From positions 1,488,001 to 1,552,000 of the forward strand of contig OZ237738.1 of NCBI GenBank assembly GCA_965178125.1: a stretch of 64,000 bases of DNA, given 5' to 3'. Source of the stretch: Bilabrum cf. latius. Its lineage: Eukaryota. The position numbers and the translations under genes were made by a program. Positions 60,601 to 64,000 of this stretch are shown one piece after another (the first letter of the stretch is position 1; each line of letters starts with the position of its first letter). The notes beneath the pieces were generated by a model. It did not search any database. It was not told the DNA's origin and worked only from the letters and a program-made list of their open reading frames with translations.

Positions 60601-61729
60601 CCTCCTGCCAGCCCACCCCCACCACGCCCAAGCGACCGGCCGTGGCCTCAAAGGCCGCGATCGACTCGGCCGCCTAATTTGACGTCACGGCGCGCACGGC
60701 CGCTCGCTTGGCGGCCCGCTTGCGAGCTGCATCGGCCCGCTGCCTCGCGACCGTGGCCTCTCGCGCCAGCGCCACTTCTTGCGCCCGCTGCCACTCGCGG
60801 GCCCCGTGCGCCGCCCGGGCCGCCGCCGCCATCCTGTGTGCCCTGAGCGACTGCAGCCTGCCCAGCCTCTGCCGCTGCAGCCAGGCCTGGTGCGCGTCTC
60901 GCTTGCGCCTCTGGAGGGCGTCCCTCTCCTGCCTCAGCTCCTCGATCTCGGCCGCGTGCTTGCGGAAGGAGACGGCCTCCAGTCGGCGGCCCTCCGGCGG
61001 TGCCTTGATCTGCAGCGTCTGGGCCACGCCCTGATCCATGGCCTTGGCGAACTGCGCGGGGGCGGGGGGGGCCGCGCCGCTGAATGTGGCTGCGAGCAGC
61101 TTCCTGGGAGCCTGTTCCTCCTTGCCCTCTGGCTCCTTCGAAGAAGCAGAAGCGGCGGCGGAGCCTTGTCTCCGCTGGGGCAGGTGGGGGTGCTCGTCCC
61201 TATCCCCGGTCGCTGCGAGGTGTTGGGAGGGAGCGGGGGCCCGGCTCTCCCGGGGCTTGACCAGAGAGCCGCGGCCCACGGGCCTGCGAAGCAGCGGGGC
61301 GGCTACGCCCCGGAGCTGGTACACGATCCGAATGGCAATTTCCTGGGCGCCTTTCTCCTGCCGGGCCACTCGGCCGACGTCGTCTGCGGTGGCGCGGATG
61401 CCCAGGCGGCGCAGGGTGGCGCTCGCCCGAGACCAGTTCTCAGAGGCTACGGCCGCCCGCGGACCATCGCGCCACTTGGGCCAGTCCTGCTGCTATCCAA
61501 GCGCCCACAAGCAGCGACCCATCAGATTTCCCGATTGCAGCGACGCGGTCAGCGCCGTGTCGGACTTGAGAGCTTTGAGCACCCGTTCGGGCTTGCCGCC
61601 TCCCACGAGGGGGCGCAACTCCGAGCCGGGCGGTACATCCAGCAATGACACGCGGGTAGAATCGTCTGCACGCTTCGTCAGGGGGAATAACACAGTGTCC
61701 CGAAGCCAGGCACGAAGCTGCTTGCTCAT
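48644..61729 (-). CDS. Giant SPEF2/CPC1-like flagellar protein with N-terminal calponin-homology domain (~4361 aa)
   Basis: One frame from ATG 61729 to TAA 48644, with 11 TAGs (61493, 60674, 59468, 59033, 57587, 56303, 56216, 56006, 55568, 55151, 50246). N-terminus MSKQLRAWL...SGNLMGRCLWALG[TAG]QQDW...NWSRASATLRRLGI...RIVYQL matches the SPEF2 CH domain, followed by coiled coil. Confidence 0.75.
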
Positions 61730-62025
61730 GATACGATCGGCCGCAGCGCAACAGGCAAGGAAGAGCTAGAATTCTACTACAGATCGCTAGCGATCCTCTT
61801 GAGCAGTTTCCCAATCACAGTCGAATTAGCCTGATAATGCAAAGTCGCTTAATGTGCGCCTAGACGGCTCACAGCAGGTATTTTTGGCAACTCTAGCCGT
61901 TGTCGCTGGTACGGTAAAGTTTTAGCCAGCACAATTATATCAGATTCGAATTGGCCGCGCCGTCAATCACAAGGATAGCCGCTCACCCGCTTCTCCATAA
62001 TGAAATAAACTACAGGCTAATGTTG

Positions 62026-63231
62026 TCACGCAGTCTCGTTCCAAGCCCAGGGCCTCGTCGGGTCCGGCCTCCCCGCCGCGTGCTGCTGCAGCACTGCCAG
62101 TAGCTCCAGGGCCGCCTCCTTGGGCTGGTAGTCCACGTCAAAGGGGAGCGGGTACTGGTCCGTCCCCAGCCATGTGCGCCTGTCCGTGAATCCCCACGCG
62201 ATGAACGCGTTGCAGCCGGGCCCCTTGCCCGGCTCGCTGGCCTTGGCCGCCAGGCACGCCGTGAGCGCGTCCCCGTATACCTTGGCTTGCTTCTCCCTCT
62301 CTTTCTGGTTCTCGGCCCCGGGCCCGCACTTGGGGCAGCGCACGTCCATCTCTGTGATCTGCGAGGCCAGGCCCATGGCGGCGAGCTGCTTTAGGTTCGC
62401 GAGCACCTCCTGCGGGTTGCGCGGCTGGTCCACCGTGACGTGCATCTGCAGCCCCACGCCGTCGATGGGGATGCCCTTGGCCTGCATGTCCTTCACGTAC
62501 TCCACCTGCCGCTGGGACTTGTACGAGTCGGCCTGCTCCGCGCCGTAGTCGTTCACGAACAGAGCCAGGGCCGGCCAGCCGTCGGGGGTCTGCCGGCCCA
62601 GCCCCGCGGCATCGCGCGCGGCCCCCGCCGCCTGGAATGCCACGTGGACGTAATCGGGGAGCTTGGGGTACCAGGTGTTGTTCTTCAGGTCTGCGTGCGC
62701 CGGCCAGCACTGCTCGGTGCTCTGGCAGAACGGCTCGTTGACCACGTCCGTCACGAAGGGGATCTGGCCGACCGAATGGATCATCTCCGTCACGTGCTGT
62801 GTGAGGGCCTGCTTCAGCTCCGCGCCGTCGAGGTTCTTGAGCCAGTCAGGGTTGTAGCTACCCCAGCAGAGATTGTGCAATCGGACATTCCCTTGCATGA
62901 TGTCGTGCGACCACTTCTAGCTGTATGAACACTCAGTGGTGTTTAGGGCCGCCGGGGGCGGCAGCGGCTGCGTCTCTTGCCACTTGCAGCCGTTGCCCAG
63001 CACCGTCGTGTCGAACTACGTTTTCAATGTGTACTCATACATGGGATCGGACTAGTTCACCATGAACTTGTAGTTGTGCTCGGCGCCAATATAGATCCCA
63101 GCAGCGAGCGCCGCTTCGCGCAGCGTTTGGTTCATTTTCTGCAGACCGACATGCTTGTACAGCAGCTCTGCAGTACTGGTTCCAAGTGTGCTAAGAACGA
63201 ATGCCGCAGCAGCAGCTGTTGAGACCTTCAT
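62026..63231 (-). CDS. Secreted glycoside hydrolase family 10 (endo-1,4-beta-xylanase-like), 401 aa
   Basis: Signal peptide MKVSTAAAAAFVLS. KT[TAG]FDTTVLGNGCKW, HNLCW, DVVNEP (acid/base), LFVNDY, PIDGVGLQMH, ITEMDV (nucleophile), WGFTD. TAGs at 63052, 63016, 62917. Ends TGA. Confidence 0.93.
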
Positions 63232-63461
63232 TGAACCAATTTTTGCCGCAGTTGCACCTTGGTGCATCCCAAGCAGCCTGCTGAGCGTGACGATGACGCG
63301 CCTTGGATCCACACACACACACTACACTGTCGCCCACGAAGCACTCGCAATGATGCGACCCATGATGCACAATACTCGCTGGTCTGGACATCATCTGCCT
63401 CGATAGGTTCGCAGCTATTCCGCATGTACGTGTGCTACAAACGTGCCTACCGTACACCAAA

Positions 63462-64000
63462 TCAATCATCGTCGTTCGTGAGATCGAGAGGCACCGACTG
63501 GGTCCCTTCAATGCCCTCCACGGCCTCCCTCACCCTGGCCTGCGCGCGAGCAGCGGCCCCGCGCTGAGGCCGGGAGGCCCTTGCGGCGGCAGCCACGCTG
63601 GCGCTGACACCTCCATCATGTTCGCCCTCGGAGCCGTTGCCATCATTATCATCGTGGTCCTCGTCTTCATCGTCTTCATCGCTGTCCACCCACTGCGCCT
63701 GCCTCTTGCGCCCCTTGCCCCTGCCCCTGCCCGTCGACCTGCCGCCCCTGCCACTGCCCCTGCCCCTGCTCCTGCCCCTGCCCCTGCCCCTGCCCCTGCC
63801 CCTGGAGCTGCGGAGCTTGCTGGCAGCCTTGCGGCGGCTGGCGGGCTTGCGAGAGGCGCCGCGCCCTCCCGCTCCCTTCCTTGCGGAACCGGGCGCCCCG
63901 GCCCCACCCATCGCACCAAGCGACACGGGCAACTCGGCGGCCCCATCGGCCCGGGCCAGCCGCAGGCAGGCACGAGCCAGACGAGCGGCCTCTGCGACTG
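63462..64000 (-). CDS. C-terminal part of a probably nuclear protein with RG-repeat (GAR) and acidic tracts; 5' end outside window
   Basis: GRGRGRGRG encoded by (CCCCTG)n on the + strand, DSDEDDED, terminal VPLDLTNDDD then TGA. Confidence 0.65.
   Translation of the reverse strand, partial: VAEAARLARACLRLARADGAAELPVSLGAMGGAGAPGSARKGAGGRGASRKPASRRKAASKLRSSRGRGRGRGRGRSRGRGSGRGGRSTGRGRGKGRKRQAQWVDSDEDDEDEDHDDNDGNGSEGEHDGGVSASVAAAARASRPQRGAAARAQARVREAVEGIEGTQSVPLDLTNDDD

Noticed and set aside
342-61769. Many long antisense or alternate-frame ORFs (e.g. 23810-25681 +, 34311-35933 +, 50256-51920 +, 51927-53711 +)
   Set aside because: Shadow ORFs of very GC-rich coding sequence, with Ser/Pro/Arg-rich translations and no motifs, lying opposite well-supported genes.
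1620-63231. In-frame stops as pseudogenisation or sequencing error
   Set aside because: All ~60 interruptions are TAG, none TAA/TGA, without accompanying frameshifts, across many conserved genes on both strands.
1620-63231. A-to-I editing (UAG to Trp), pyrrolysine, or small introns hiding the TAGs
   Set aside because: TAG aligns with CAG/Gln rather than Trp or Lys. No shared downstream element or flanking splice signals were seen, and frames run straight through.
1-64000. Prokaryotic systems (CRISPR array, operon, phage with recoded TAG)
   Set aside because: Spliceosomal introns and eukaryote-specific genes throughout. Repeats are coding microsatellites or a segmental duplication, not repeat-spacer arrays.
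63462-64000. Naming the last partial gene (e.g. MRE11) from its GAR motif
   Set aside because: RG repeats and acidic tracts occur in many nuclear proteins, and no diagnostic domain lies inside the window.

Overview
GC-rich, gene-dense, intron-poor eukaryotic nuclear DNA from a flagellated protist. It encodes CFAP58 and a SPEF2-like protein and has short GT-AG introns. The Ala/Gly-rich style resembles bicosoecid stramenopiles such as Cafeteria, but that is unverified inference. Main result: the standard-code ORF track is fragmented because TAG is a sense codon here, most likely Gln, while TGA (dominant) and TAA remain stops. About 60 in-frame TAGs interrupt otherwise continuous frames in 13 genes, with no in-frame TAA/TGA in their modelled exons. 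TAG swaps reciprocally with CAG between two duplicated genes and sits at Gln-consensus positions in HECT, ankyrin, GH10 and SPEF2-CH motifs. Recoded, the window holds about 19 genes: a 4511-aa HECT E3 ligase, HSP20, a WD40 protein, a MED8-like protein, SRP14, CFAP58, DOLPP1, a membrane protein, a SEC14 protein, URB2, a ~4-kb tandem duplication (ankyrin gene plus type II membrane protein gene), a 4361-aa SPEF2-like protein, a GH10 glycoside hydrolase, a low-complexity hypothetical and two partial genes. There is also a decayed non-LTR retrotransposon. Homology calls come from recalled motifs, not database searches.
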